Shown here: piece by piece, positions 18,753 to 27,912 of the stretch
How the letters are laid out: each line of letters begins with the position of its first letter
How positions within the stretch are numbered: position 1 is the stretch's first letter
Source of the DNA: a bacterium
GTDB lineage: Bacteria > Hydrothermota > UBA3073 > JACQXS01 > JAQTXJ01
Reading direction: 5' to 3'
Assembly: GCA_041649255.1 (NCBI GenBank)
Contig: JBAZNK010000006.1
Coordinates: forward strand, 12,225 to 76,224
DNA: 64,000 nt
Made by a program: the position numbers and the translations under genes
The notes under the pieces: generated by a model
Seen by the model: only the letters and a program-made list of their open reading frames with translations
Databases searched by the model: none
Told to the model about the DNA's origin: nothing

Positions 18753-18804
18753 TAGCGGACAGTGGTAATTAAAAAAAATAGGGGGTGTTGATTTTTACAA
18801 TCCC

Positions 18805-18856
18805 TGTCTAAGTTCTGGGATAAAAGTTAGGTTGTTGTAAATTAGCAACTGAACAG
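18805..18856. repeat. Conserved intergenic element, family 2, copy C.
   Basis: ctgtctaagttctggg...aaagttaggttgttgtaaattagcaactgaaca matches 1266-1340 and 28096-28192. Confidence 0.45.
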
Positions 18857-18932
18857 ATATTATGCTATTCGCAGTTTGAATAATGTGTGTTTGTGTAAAC
18901 TTGCTATAATAAAAATCCTTTTTCTATATGTG

Positions 18933-20645
18933 TTATTTCATTAGCACTAATTTTTTCGTTTCTGTATAATTATCTGCTTGGAATTTCAGGAAATAAACTC
19001 CTTTGGCAACTTCATCCTCTCTTATATTAACTGTGTGGTAGCCTTTTTCTTGACTGCCGGAGTAAAAAGTTTTAACCAACCTGCCTGATATATTGTAAAG
19101 ACTTAAAGCTACATTTAATTTTTCAGGTAAGCCATACTTAATCACAACATCTTCCATAGAAGGGTTTGGGGTTATTGAAATTTGAGTTGTGAATTTTGAA
19201 TTGTGAGTTGTTTCTTCTATTTCTACAAGGCGTAAAGATGCCCTATTTTTGTAATTTACATTTCCGCTACTATCCACTAACCAGACAAACAAAGACTCGT
19301 TTGCCGCCAGAGTAATTGTATCCGGCGGGTAATGGAATGCGCTGGTGGTATCAAAGTCAGAAGTCGGTGCAGAACCTACCTTGGCGGAACCGATCTTATA
19401 GTAATATTCTGAAATACCACTTGGGTCAGTAGGGTTAATCCAGTTGATTTCAAAAGTAGAATCACTGCCTAATTTATTAGCAGTGAGGTTGATTGGTGCC
19501 GGAGGGGCAATCGTATCGCTGAACGGAGCAGAAAGGAATGGACGATAAAAAGCTATACCATAAAAATTAGAATCATAATAATCATAAATTTTTGTATCAA
19601 TTATACTTGAACTTGTAGTGTTCCAGTAATTATATTTTGCATCAATATTCAGAGTGTCATTGTTATATACAGCGTAGCCAGTAGAAGAAATATTGTTTGT
19701 ACGAACGAAAAGAATCCCCCCGTTATTGTAGATTGCAGAAGTAGTAATATCTATTATAGCGTTATATTTAATTGTGGCTTTTTTGCCATAATTATATACA
19801 CTCCCCCCGCCATAATAAGCCGAGTTATTAGATAGTGTGTTGTTAATTATTGTAGCTGTACCAAAATTACAGACACCGCCACCACCACCATAACCAGAAG
19901 AAGCGGAGTTGTTAGATATTGTGTTATTTGTTATTGTAGCTGTCCCAGAATTAAAGATACCCCCACCATAATAATTAGCTAAGTTGTTAGATATTGTGTT
20001 GTTGTTTATTATTGCCGAGTCATAATTAAAGATACCGCCACCATAACAAGTAGTTGAGTTATTAGATATTATGTTGTTCGTTATTGTAGCTTTGCCATAA
20101 TTACAGACGCCACTACCAGCTCCATAGCCATAAGAAGCTGAGTTGTTAGATATTGTGTTGTTAGTTATTGTAGCTCTGCCAGAATAATTATAGATTCCCC
20201 CACCATAAGAAGCCGAATTATTAGATATTGTATTATATCCAATGTAGAGCGAATTACTACCTTCATTGTATATAGCTGAACTACCGGCATACTCAATTCT
20301 GCAGTATTTCAAACTACATCTTGAAGTTGATTGAAACCATAGTCTCTGCCATCGCTGTGTGGTGTTTTGTGCGGATATTATAATCGAATCACTTGGTGTA
20401 CCGATTGCATTCAAAACTCCTTTTACCAGTATGCACTTTCCACTATTAAGTTTTACTTCAACTCCTGGCTCAATAGTAAGTGTTGCGGAAGTATCTACTA
20501 GAACATTTTCCGTAATAATATACGGACTACCTGCCTTATTCCATACTGTATTTGTGCTGATAGCCATGTCTGCATTTGTGCTTGCGATTACAGGCAAAGA
20601 TATAATAAATTGGGTTATTACAGTTATGCTAAAAATTTTTTTCAT
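18933..20645 (-). CDS. Secreted parallel beta-helix (PbH1) repeat protein with an FN3-like domain and a T9SS C-terminal sorting domain.
   Basis: Start chosen at MKKIFSIT, preceded by ggaggt. Beta-helix coils: NNTISNNSASYGGGIYNY, TITNNTISNNSASYGYGAGSGVCNY, TITNNIISNNSTTCYGGGIFNY and others. CTD ITPNPSMEDVVIKY...GVYFLKFQADNYTETKKLVLMK. Confidence 0.8.
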   Translation of the reverse strand: MKKIFSITVITQFIISLPVIASTNADMAISTNTVWNKAGSPYIITENVLVDTSATLTIEPGVEVKLNSGKCILVKGVLNAIGTPSDSIIISAQNTTQRWQRLWFQSTSRCSLKYCRIEYAGSSAIYNEGSNSLYIGYNTISNNSASYGGGIYNYSGRATITNNTISNNSASYGYGAGSGVCNYGKATITNNIISNNSTTCYGGGIFNYDSAIINNNTISNNLANYYGGGIFNSGTATITNNTISNNSASSGYGGGGGVCNFGTATIINNTLSNNSAYYGGGSVYNYGKKATIKYNAIIDITTSAIYNNGGILFVRTNNISSTGYAVYNNDTLNIDAKYNYWNTTSSSIIDTKIYDYYDSNFYGIAFYRPFLSAPFSDTIAPPAPINLTANKLGSDSTFEINWINPTDPSGISEYYYKIGSAKVGSAPTSDFDTTSAFHYPPDTITLAANESLFVWLVDSSGNVNYKNRASLRLVEIEETTHNSKFTTQISITPNPSMEDVVIKYGLPEKLNVALSLYNISGRLVKTFYSGSQEKGYHTVNIREDEVAKGVYFLKFQADNYTETKKLVLMK

Positions 20646-20920
20646 CTTACCTCCTATCTTGCAAATACGAAGCAAGTTGATACGAATATCACATACCGTA
20701 TCTCTACAATTATAATAAATTCAGATTATATATATTAGTAATTTTTATTTATAATATATTTTTAACAAAAATGAAGAGATTTTATTCATATTAAAATATC
20801 GATGAGAAATGTCAAGACATCTTTATGCTTAAAATTAAATTTAATTTGTATATTTAGATAAACAAGAATAAAAGGATTTTTATTCTGTTCTTTTTTCGCC
20901 ACAATTCTTTTAAGAATTAT

Positions 20921-20951
20921 TATGTAGGGGCGGATTTTCCGCCCCTACATA
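20921..20951 (-). terminator. Probable intrinsic terminator hairpin directly after the stop of gene 20958..23612.
   Basis: Perfect 13-bp stem tatgtaggggcgg / ccgcccctacata with loop atttt. The downstream U-tract on the minus strand is only moderate (ATAATTCTT). Confidence 0.5.
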
Positions 20952-20957
20952 ATTCGC

Positions 20958-23612
20958 TTAATCTAAACTAATCTGTTTGATTTTTTCCTTCTTATTATGT
21001 TTCAGTTGCTCTTGCTGAATCTTGTAATCTTTTCCTAGTGTCTCTGAATAACTATAAGCTCTCGGATAAAGTAGTTCGCCCTTTTCGCAAGTCTTGTCTT
21101 TCCCCTTATACTCTTCTACTGGTTTCCGTAATTCTTTTATTACTGGGTCATCTCTATCCGCAAGAACAGTATAGGAAATTTCTTTGTTAGCCTCGCCGTA
21201 AACAGTAAATTTTGTATTACCGGATTGCCATTCATATCCTACCTGGAAAGGCTTACCGATTGGTGTTAAAGTTACTATTGCTTCATTTTCTTTTGTAAGC
21301 GCTGCAAAATAATTTGGCATTTCTACTGTTGCTTCACCGTTAGCATTTAATTTTACTTTCCCCTTATATAAACAAAGATTTTCGGGTGATTCAACAGAAT
21401 TGTACCGCAAAGTCTTATTCATTGGGTCAAGAGGATGGTCAATAAGCAATGAATTATTTCCTGCAGCCGAAATTCCTGTGATTCCTACGTTTCCCCCAAA
21501 ATATCCGGCAAAATTGCTACTATTGCTCGAAGAACCTTTAAAATTTCCTCCAGTGCTAGAGTATACCCCGTATTTTATTGTCCCGTCTCCAGTCGCTAGA
21601 AAATACCCACCATATTTTCTATAACTTCCGTTGCCAGCAGCCCATCCTAATACTCCATATCTATCATCGTAACTACCTGAACCATTCGCGTAAAAATATC
21701 CTCCGTAAACATCTCCTTCATTCGAATAAGAGGAAATAGCATCTCCATGAACGCCCATCATTTCCGAACAGGAACCTTCTGTATACCCCCATACACCTTT
21801 TTTATTCCCTGTCCCTGAGCCTTTTCCTTCAAAATAACCACCATATGAAACACCTGTACTTGTCTGGTTGGAACTACCATAAACTCCATATGAAGCACCT
21901 GTGCTTGAATGGCTGACACTGCCATAAACGCCATATCCTGAACTGCCTGTGCTTGGACTTAAGGTGCTATACAAACCATATTGGGTTCCACTCCCCCCTG
22001 TAGTTGTATATATTCCATATTTATCACCTGAACCTGCACCTTCTGCAGAAAAATAACCTCCGGCGGCGTAGCCTGTCCCTGAATGAGAACCATAACCGTA
22101 AACTCCCCTTACAGATCCTGAACCGGAACCACCTGTATGAGTAGCCTCACCTTCACTTCCTATTATGCTGGCACTTGAAGTTGAAGTTGCCTTACCCCAT
22201 GAGCCCCTTCTAGTTCCTGTTCCTGAGCCATTTGCCTCAAAATATCCTCCTGTCTCATCCCCTGAACCTGCATTAGTGGCGCCACCATAAACTCCATATG
22301 CCGGATTGCTTGAACCTGCAGGTGCAGTTGCAATACTTCTAACACCTACTTTAGCCCCTGTTCCTGAGCCTTTCCCCTCAAAATAACCTCCGTATGTATT
22401 TCCGTTACCTGTATTACTGGCATTACCATAAATTGCAAATGACGGGCCCGAGCCTGCGTGTTGAGCAGAGCCATAAACTCCGTATGCATCATTGCTTGAA
22501 CCTGCGGGTGCGGTAGCTCCGCTATACAAACCATATTTATATCCTGTCCCTGAGCCTTTTCCTTCAAAATAACCACCATAAGCTTTACCTGTGCTTGTAT
22601 GGTCAGTGCTTCCATAAACCGCGAATCCATCATAGCTGTAGAAACCGTTTGCTTCACAGTATACACCATATCTTTTTCCGCCTTCTCCGCTTCCCCATCC
22701 GGCAAAATATCCTCCTATTGCATCACCTGTACTCGTTTGATTTGCACTGCCCGTCATTCCATATGCAGTGCCTGAACCCAGATGCATAGCATAACCATAC
22801 GCTCCATTGGCACTATTACTCGACCCTGAAGGACCTACTCCCTTACTATATAAACCAAATTTATTGCCTGTGCCTGAGCCTCCAGCCTCAAGATACCCTC
22901 CGTATGTATTGCCTGTACCTGTATTATTATTGTATGCTCCATCATATTCACAATATATATCGCTCGTAGTGCTTACAGTCAATGTTTTAGCTAACCCTAT
23001 ACCGCCACTAGTTGCCTCCCAACTTTGTCCTAAATGATTATGGGCAGCTTCGTCCGTACAAAAAGCCTTATAATCATTCTTGCTTTTGCCATCAAGATAA
23101 ATGACGCTTCTTGCAAAGTCAGCAGTATCGGAATGTGTTGCTTTTTCTGCTTTTATTGCATAACCCACGCTGGCTAGTTTCTTGCGCGGGGTAAGAATAT
23201 CGTCGCCTACCTGTGTTTCAAGCCATAATGATGCACCCGTAAAAATATCAGTAGGAATAGGCTTGACGCTTCCAAGCACTGCATTGAACAGCCCGTTATC
23301 TACCTGGATATTAGTTTGTGTTTCACTCCACAATTCCTTTCCTCCCGTTGACTCACTATATAACCTGAAAATCATTCCCATTGTCCCTGTAATACCTGCT
23401 CCTGTAGTATCTTTTGCAGCAGCTATCCATCCCTGGTAATTAAGCTCGTGTAAGTTTGTAAGTGTAGAATTCGTATTTCTTTTTGCCTCTTCTTCTACAC
23501 GAATAGGAGCGGTATTTGTTGCAGCGCGGATAGGACTCGCATTTCTCTGAGCTGCCTGCAATCCACCAAATAATGGAATACACATCGCAATGGTACTCAA
23601 TATTTTTCTCAT
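20958..23612 (-). CDS. Secreted Gly/Tyr/Ser-rich tandem-repeat protein of 884 aa with a distinct C-terminal domain that is not a T9SS CTD.
   Basis: Signal peptide MRKILSTIAMCIPLFGGLQAAQ. About 8 or more repeats of ~55-60 aa: TYGGYFEGKGSGTGxKxGxxSxATAPAGSSNxAYGVYGSAxHAGSG. C-terminus LLIDHPLDPMNKTLRYNSVESPENLCLYKGKVKLNANGEATVEMPNYFAALTKENEAIVTLTPIG. From memory, this resembles the conserved C-terminal domain of Bacteroidetes proteins annotated as tail fiber domain-containing. Confidence 0.6.
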   Translation of the reverse strand: MRKILSTIAMCIPLFGGLQAAQRNASPIRAATNTAPIRVEEEAKRNTNSTLTNLHELNYQGWIAAAKDTTGAGITGTMGMIFRLYSESTGGKELWSETQTNIQVDNGLFNAVLGSVKPIPTDIFTGASLWLETQVGDDILTPRKKLASVGYAIKAEKATHSDTADFARSVIYLDGKSKNDYKAFCTDEAAHNHLGQSWEATSGGIGLAKTLTVSTTSDIYCEYDGAYNNNTGTGNTYGGYLEAGGSGTGNKFGLYSKGVGPSGSSNSANGAYGYAMHLGSGTAYGMTGSANQTSTGDAIGGYFAGWGSGEGGKRYGVYCEANGFYSYDGFAVYGSTDHTSTGKAYGGYFEGKGSGTGYKYGLYSGATAPAGSSNDAYGVYGSAQHAGSGPSFAIYGNASNTGNGNTYGGYFEGKGSGTGAKVGVRSIATAPAGSSNPAYGVYGGATNAGSGDETGGYFEANGSGTGTRRGSWGKATSTSSASIIGSEGEATHTGGSGSGSVRGVYGYGSHSGTGYAAGGYFSAEGAGSGDKYGIYTTTGGSGTQYGLYSTLSPSTGSSGYGVYGSVSHSSTGASYGVYGSSNQTSTGVSYGGYFEGKGSGTGNKKGVWGYTEGSCSEMMGVHGDAISSYSNEGDVYGGYFYANGSGSYDDRYGVLGWAAGNGSYRKYGGYFLATGDGTIKYGVYSSTGGNFKGSSSNSSNFAGYFGGNVGITGISAAGNNSLLIDHPLDPMNKTLRYNSVESPENLCLYKGKVKLNANGEATVEMPNYFAALTKENEAIVTLTPIGKPFQVGYEWQSGNTKFTVYGEANKEISYTVLADRDDPVIKELRKPVEEYKGKDKTCEKGELLYPRAYSYSETLGKDYKIQQEQLKHNKKEKIKQISLD

Positions 23613-23677
23613 TTTCTCCCTCCTTAGTTAGACTTTGCCACACAGTGGCATTAGACTAACTTATCAGTGTTCCTGAC

Positions 23678-24205
23678 TTACTTCATTAATATCATTTTTT
23701 TCGTTGCTCTGAATTCAGAAGCAGACATACGTACAAAATAAATTCCCTGCGCTACTTTTTCTCCCTGCTTGTTAGTCCCGTCCCATAACATATTATACAT
23801 TCCCGGTATTTGTTCCCCGGAAACCAGTGTTTGCACAACACTGCCTGCAAGATTGTAAACCTTTATGCTGACATTACTTGTTTTCGGAATCCCGTATCTA
23901 ATCGTCACACTGCTATTTGTAATCGGATTTGGCCACGGATGAGCCATACTGAATACCTTCGGAATAAGCGGGTTATCCGATACGCCCACCTTTGGACGCG
24001 TTAGACAGGTATAAAACCCCGCCTGCTCAATACGGTTAGCTGCCCGGGACTGCCCGATAACGGATTGGCCTGCCGCATCTTTCATAGAGTAGTTAGCCGA
24101 ACTTGACTTTCCACCCGTAACTGAGAATGCGGATTTCACAAGCACATATTGGGCTCCAAAAACCTGAGTAGCCCCAAAAAGCACTGCGAGAGCGAAACAC
24201 TTCAT
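23678..24205 (-). CDS. Small secreted protein of 175 aa, essentially a signal peptide plus a T9SS C-terminal sorting domain.
   Basis: MKCFALAVLFGATQVFGA. CTD HPWPNPITNSSVTIRYGIPKTSNVSIKVYNLAGSVVQTL...GIYFVRMSASEFRATKKMILMK. Confidence 0.7.
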   Translation of the reverse strand: MKCFALAVLFGATQVFGAQYVLVKSAFSVTGGKSSSANYSMKDAAGQSVIGQSRAANRIEQAGFYTCLTRPKVGVSDNPLIPKVFSMAHPWPNPITNSSVTIRYGIPKTSNVSIKVYNLAGSVVQTLVSGEQIPGMYNMLWDGTNKQGEKVAQGIYFVRMSASEFRATKKMILMK

Positions 24206-24320
24206 CTTTACCTCCTTTTCTCCTTGCTGTTACTCATAAAAATAAGTCTGTAAAACAAACTTTCTTTCACCTCCTTTTATTATATTGAAAAATAACTTTT
24301 TCTTGCTTTATTGCAAGGGA

Positions 24321-24400
24321 AAAGGCTTTGCAAATATCTATATTTATGGACATTTATCTATATTTATTTGCAAATATCTATGTGGGAAATTTTTCGAATA
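24321..24400 (-). promoter_or_regulatory. Conserved upstream element, family 1, copy 3.
   Basis: aaaggctttgcaaatatctatatttatggacatttatctatatttatttgcaaatatctatgtgggaaatttttcgaata. It lies ~115 nt upstream of the start of 23678..24205. Confidence 0.55.
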
Positions 24401-24653
24401 TGAATTTCTGTATTTAAAATGTTGTTGTATTGTAAGAATTTATAAAAAAACAAATCAAAATTTGTGGGAAAACGTTCTCATTTCTTGTTTAAGAGTCTAT
24501 GAAATTTAATGATAATGGAGATATGACCAAAGCATTTTTTTGAAAAGAGGTTTTTAGAGTTGTTGATAATCTCAGTAGTTATACAGGAAAATCTCTAAAA
24601 AGAGATTGTTTTTTGAATGATTAAGCGATAATTTTTTCCATTTTTCCTGAGGA

Positions 24654-26693
24654 TTATTTTGTTTTTAACCGCTGTAAATATTCTAGATTTTTCCTTGATG
24701 CTTCACAAGTTGAGTCTATTGTTAAAGCTTTATTGTACTCATATATGGCTGAATCAATTGCCCCTTTAGCTCTATAGGCATTTCCAAGAGTATTATATGC
24801 TTCTGCCAGATCAGGCTTTAGTTTTATTGCCTCCTTAGATTCGTTTATTGCTTTATCAAACAATCCTTTTCTTTCATAAACATCTCCAAGATTGTTGTGT
24901 ATCTCCGGTGAATCGGGATTTAGTATTAAAGCTTTTTTGTATTCCTGAATTGCTTCGTCAAACAATCCTTTTTGTGCATAAATATTTCCAAGATTGTTAT
25001 GTATTTCAGGAAAATTGGGGTTTAGTATTAACTCTTTTTTGTATTCTTGAATTGCTTCTTCAAATAATCCTTTTTTTGTATAAATATTCCCAAAATTATT
25101 GTGTATACCAGGCGTATTAGGATTTAGCATTAAAGTTTTTTTGTACTTTTGGATTGCTTCATCTAATAATCCTTTTCTTTCATAAACATCTCCAAGATTG
25201 TTGTGTATATCCGGTGAATCGGGATTTAGTATTAAAGCTTTTTTGTATTCTTGGATTGCTTCATCCAACAATCCTTTTTGTGCATAAATATTTCCAAGAT
25301 TATTATATGTTTCAGGGCAAAAAGAATTATATTTCAATATATTCTGAAATAAAGTAATTTGGTTTTTCCAAATATTGTTTTGCCGTATAGTAAGTCCGGC
25401 ATACATAAGAATTACCGCAGCGATAAAGAACTTTATAATGTTTTTGAACCCTGTTGTAAAAGGCAACCTAAGAGTTTTATCAATGCCTGTTGCCAGAATC
25501 ATAAAGAACCCTATGGATGGAAGATATATCCAATGCTCAAGCATTCCTCTTGGTAGAGGTACTATAAGATGAGAGGTAGGGATAAAGAACAACAAAAACC
25601 ATAATGCACCAAAGAAAACAATTCTATTATATTTGTATGCCATAATTACTCCTATTCCTATAATTATAAATACTAAAACTGCAGGATCAAATATAGAAGT
25701 TGTTATAGTTAAAATGCGGTCCATGTATAACCCAAATGGAAGAAAAAGTAATTTCAAATATAGAACAATACTTTTACAGGTAGTAAGCAGTCTTAAGTAA
25801 AAGTTGATTTTACCAGAAGGCCAATTACCAAAGGTTAAAACATAAATCCTCAACAATATATACAGTAAAGTTCCTAAGAAAAAAGGGGCATATAAAAACA
25901 AAAAAGAGTAATTATTTTTTATTTTTTCTCTTAAAGTTAAAACATTTATGTTTAACCCTAATGAGTAATCATACAATACTAGTATAAATGGAAGCATTAC
26001 TGCTGTCTCTTTGGATAACAGGGCAAATATGAAAGAAAAAATTGCACCAGTATAGTAGTAATACTTTTTTTGATTACGCAAGTTAAAACCTGTTTCTATT
26101 GATGAAGTTTGGCGATATTTAATAAACAATATAAGCGTTAATAATATAAAACTGCTTACCATTAAGTCTGTCCTGCCTGAAATATAGGCTACCGCTTCCG
26201 TATGTAGGGGATGCACGACAAAAAGCAAACCTGTAATTAACGAAACTCTTGGGGTGCGGGAGATTAAATTTACAAAGAAATACACAAGTACTGCAGTCAG
26301 TAAATGCCATAGTAAATTACTAAAATGATAACCTGTTGGATTAAGTCGCCACAAATAATAATCAAGCATATTAGATATAGACTGAAAAGGACGATAGTAG
26401 TAATAATGATTAGTGTTTTTATTGTTTCTGTGAGAAGGATCGTCTTTCATACAAAAGATATCTGTAGTGAAGATTTTAGGAATATATTTCCAATTTTTAA
26501 TATAAGGGTTTTTTTCTATAATAGGAATATCATCATAAACGAATTCATTTCTGAAAGAATTGACATATACGATTATACCAAGGATAATTATTGCAAGGAT
26601 GTGGATAAAACGTTTCCCTCTTAAAAGTCCTTTTGATTTTTGTAGTAAGTAACTTATACCTGTTTGCCTATCGTACAAGTTTTGTCTTTTCAT
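24654..26693 (-). CDS. PMT/TMTC-like polytopic membrane glycosyltransferase (GT39-like) with a C-terminal TPR repeat array.
   Basis: N-terminal ~450 aa with more than 10 TM segments and a YDDIPIIEKNPY loop motif. C-terminal 6-7 TPR units (AxQEYKKALILNPDSPxIHNNLGxVYxRKGLxDEA) are encoded by near-identical 102-bp DNA repeats at 24848-25360. Confidence 0.75.
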   Translation of the reverse strand: MKRQNLYDRQTGISYLLQKSKGLLRGKRFIHILAIIILGIIVYVNSFRNEFVYDDIPIIEKNPYIKNWKYIPKIFTTDIFCMKDDPSHRNNKNTNHYYYYRPFQSISNMLDYYLWRLNPTGYHFSNLLWHLLTAVLVYFFVNLISRTPRVSLITGLLFVVHPLHTEAVAYISGRTDLMVSSFILLTLILFIKYRQTSSIETGFNLRNQKKYYYYTGAIFSFIFALLSKETAVMLPFILVLYDYSLGLNINVLTLREKIKNNYSFLFLYAPFFLGTLLYILLRIYVLTFGNWPSGKINFYLRLLTTCKSIVLYLKLLFLPFGLYMDRILTITTSIFDPAVLVFIIIGIGVIMAYKYNRIVFFGALWFLLFFIPTSHLIVPLPRGMLEHWIYLPSIGFFMILATGIDKTLRLPFTTGFKNIIKFFIAAVILMYAGLTIRQNNIWKNQITLFQNILKYNSFCPETYNNLGNIYAQKGLLDEAIQEYKKALILNPDSPDIHNNLGDVYERKGLLDEAIQKYKKTLMLNPNTPGIHNNFGNIYTKKGLFEEAIQEYKKELILNPNFPEIHNNLGNIYAQKGLFDEAIQEYKKALILNPDSPEIHNNLGDVYERKGLFDKAINESKEAIKLKPDLAEAYNTLGNAYRAKGAIDSAIYEYNKALTIDSTCEASRKNLEYLQRLKTK
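24848..25360 (-). repeat. Tandem ~102-bp near-identical coding repeats (TPR units) inside 24654..26693.
   Basis: For example atctccaagattgttgtgtat(c/a)tccggtgaatcgggatttagtattaaagcttttttgtattc occurs at ~24883 and ~25189. Confidence 0.8.
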
Positions 26694-26864
26694 TCGATGA
26701 TAATAGTTTATGTATATAAAAAATGTAAAAAACTTCGGATTTAATATTGTTACAAAAAAAGGAGTAACAAAAACATATTATTAATAATTAATGTATTTAC
26801 TCCGCATAATTTTACTAAATAGTAAAAAATAATATTACATTCGGCTTTCTATTCTTGTCAAAAT

Positions 26865-26945
26865 AAAAGCATTTGCAAATATCTATATTTATGGACATTT
26901 ATCTATTTTTATTTGCAAATATCTATGTGGGGAATTCTTGAGAAT
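26865..26945 (-). promoter_or_regulatory. Conserved upstream element, family 1, copy 4. A similarity tail extends to ~26972 and overlaps the 3' end of the response-regulator gene.
   Basis: aaaagcatttgcaaatatctatatttatggacatttatctatttttatttgcaaatatctatgtggggaattcttg. It lies ~170 nt upstream of the start of the TPR/PMT gene (26693). Confidence 0.55.
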
Positions 26946-27726
26946 GGGAATTTCTATATTTAAGTGGCGAAGTTCCCATTTTTGTTTTGAAAACCCGATT
27001 GAAATTGTGGAAGTCAAATCCTACGCTATGAGCTATTTGAGATGTATAATTTGTTGTTTCTAAAAGCAGTCTCTTTGCATTTGTTGTTCTAATGTCATTT
27101 ATAAAATCAGGTAAGCTAACTTTTGTTGTCGTGTTCCATAAAAAAGAAAAACGTTTAGGATTTAGAGTTACCGAAGAAGCAATCTCTTTTAAACCTAAAT
27201 CCGGATTTGCATAATTCTTTTTTATATATTCAACTGCTTTCTGAACCTTGAAGGGTAAATTTTGGGGAAGCGCAATCTCCTGTGTATTTGATTCCCCTGT
27301 ATTCTTTGTATTCAACGAAGTTTTATTTTGTTCTTCAATTAGCGCATGAATTTTTGTAAGTAGTTCTTCTATGTTGAACGGTTTTTCAAAATAATATGAT
27401 GCCCCGTTGTTTAAGGCATGGAGAATATTCTCTTTGGTAGAGTGCCCTGTCATCATTACTATTTTTATATCAGGATGTATCTTTTTAAAAACAGGAATCA
27501 ACGCTGTCCCTTCAATGTCCGGCAGTTTAATATCAAGCAAAGCAACGTTGAATTTTTTCCACTCAAGTTTTTTTATTGCTTCTTTCCCTGTCAGCACATA
27601 ACTTACTTCATACCGTTCTTTTTCAAAGAGCATTTTCAGCGTTTTACAAAATTCCGGCTCGTCATCTACCACAAGAACACTTCGATTATGCTCCATTTTC
27701 TTAAGAAACTCCTGTCTTGCATTCAT
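26923..27726 (-). CDS. Response regulator with a receiver domain and an AraC-type HTH output domain.
   Basis: REC: VLVVDDEPEFCKTLKMLF...ALLDIKLPDIEGTALIPVFKK...IVMMTGHSTKE...GASYYFEKPFNIEEL. C-terminal AraC HTH: KVSLPDFINDIRTTNAKRLLLETTNYTSQIAHSVGFDFHNFNRVFKTKMGTSPLKYR. Confidence 0.85.
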   Translation of the reverse strand: MNARQEFLKKMEHNRSVLVVDDEPEFCKTLKMLFEKERYEVSYVLTGKEAIKKLEWKKFNVALLDIKLPDIEGTALIPVFKKIHPDIKIVMMTGHSTKENILHALNNGASYYFEKPFNIEELLTKIHALIEEQNKTSLNTKNTGESNTQEIALPQNLPFKVQKAVEYIKKNYANPDLGLKEIASSVTLNPKRFSFLWNTTTKVSLPDFINDIRTTNAKRLLLETTNYTSQIAHSVGFDFHNFNRVFKTKMGTSPLKYRNSHSQEFPT

Positions 27727-27912
27727 TATCCTCCGGTAATTCTTTTATTTTTTTCCTTTATTCTATGTTTTATTGTTTCCCTCCAAACCTCCTATCAACT
27801 TTACAAACATAGCAATATTTGTGACAACTGAAAACAAACTTGCCAAAACACATTATAAATAAAGGAATTTTATCAATAGCAACAATTATGAATATCACTA
27901 GATTTGTGTAAA

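Noticed and set aside
23613-23677. Short palindrome tgccacacagtggca and direct repeat ttagact between two minus-strand genes.
   Set aside because: A 6-bp stem with a 3-nt loop is too small and unstable to assign a function.
24583-24612. Hairpin aatctc-taaaaa-gagatt followed by gttttttg downstream of the TPR gene stop.
   Set aside because: The U-tract is on the plus strand, where no gene is transcribed. On the minus strand the 3' flank is not U-rich, so it is too weak to call as a terminator for 24654..26693.
10044-26945. Possibility that the repeated 75-bp element is a CRISPR array or a MITE.
   Set aside because: Copies are separated by 2-8 kb of genes, not by short uniform spacers. There are no terminal inverted repeats or target-site duplications, and no cas or transposase genes. 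The position is fixed relative to start codons, which favours a regulatory element.
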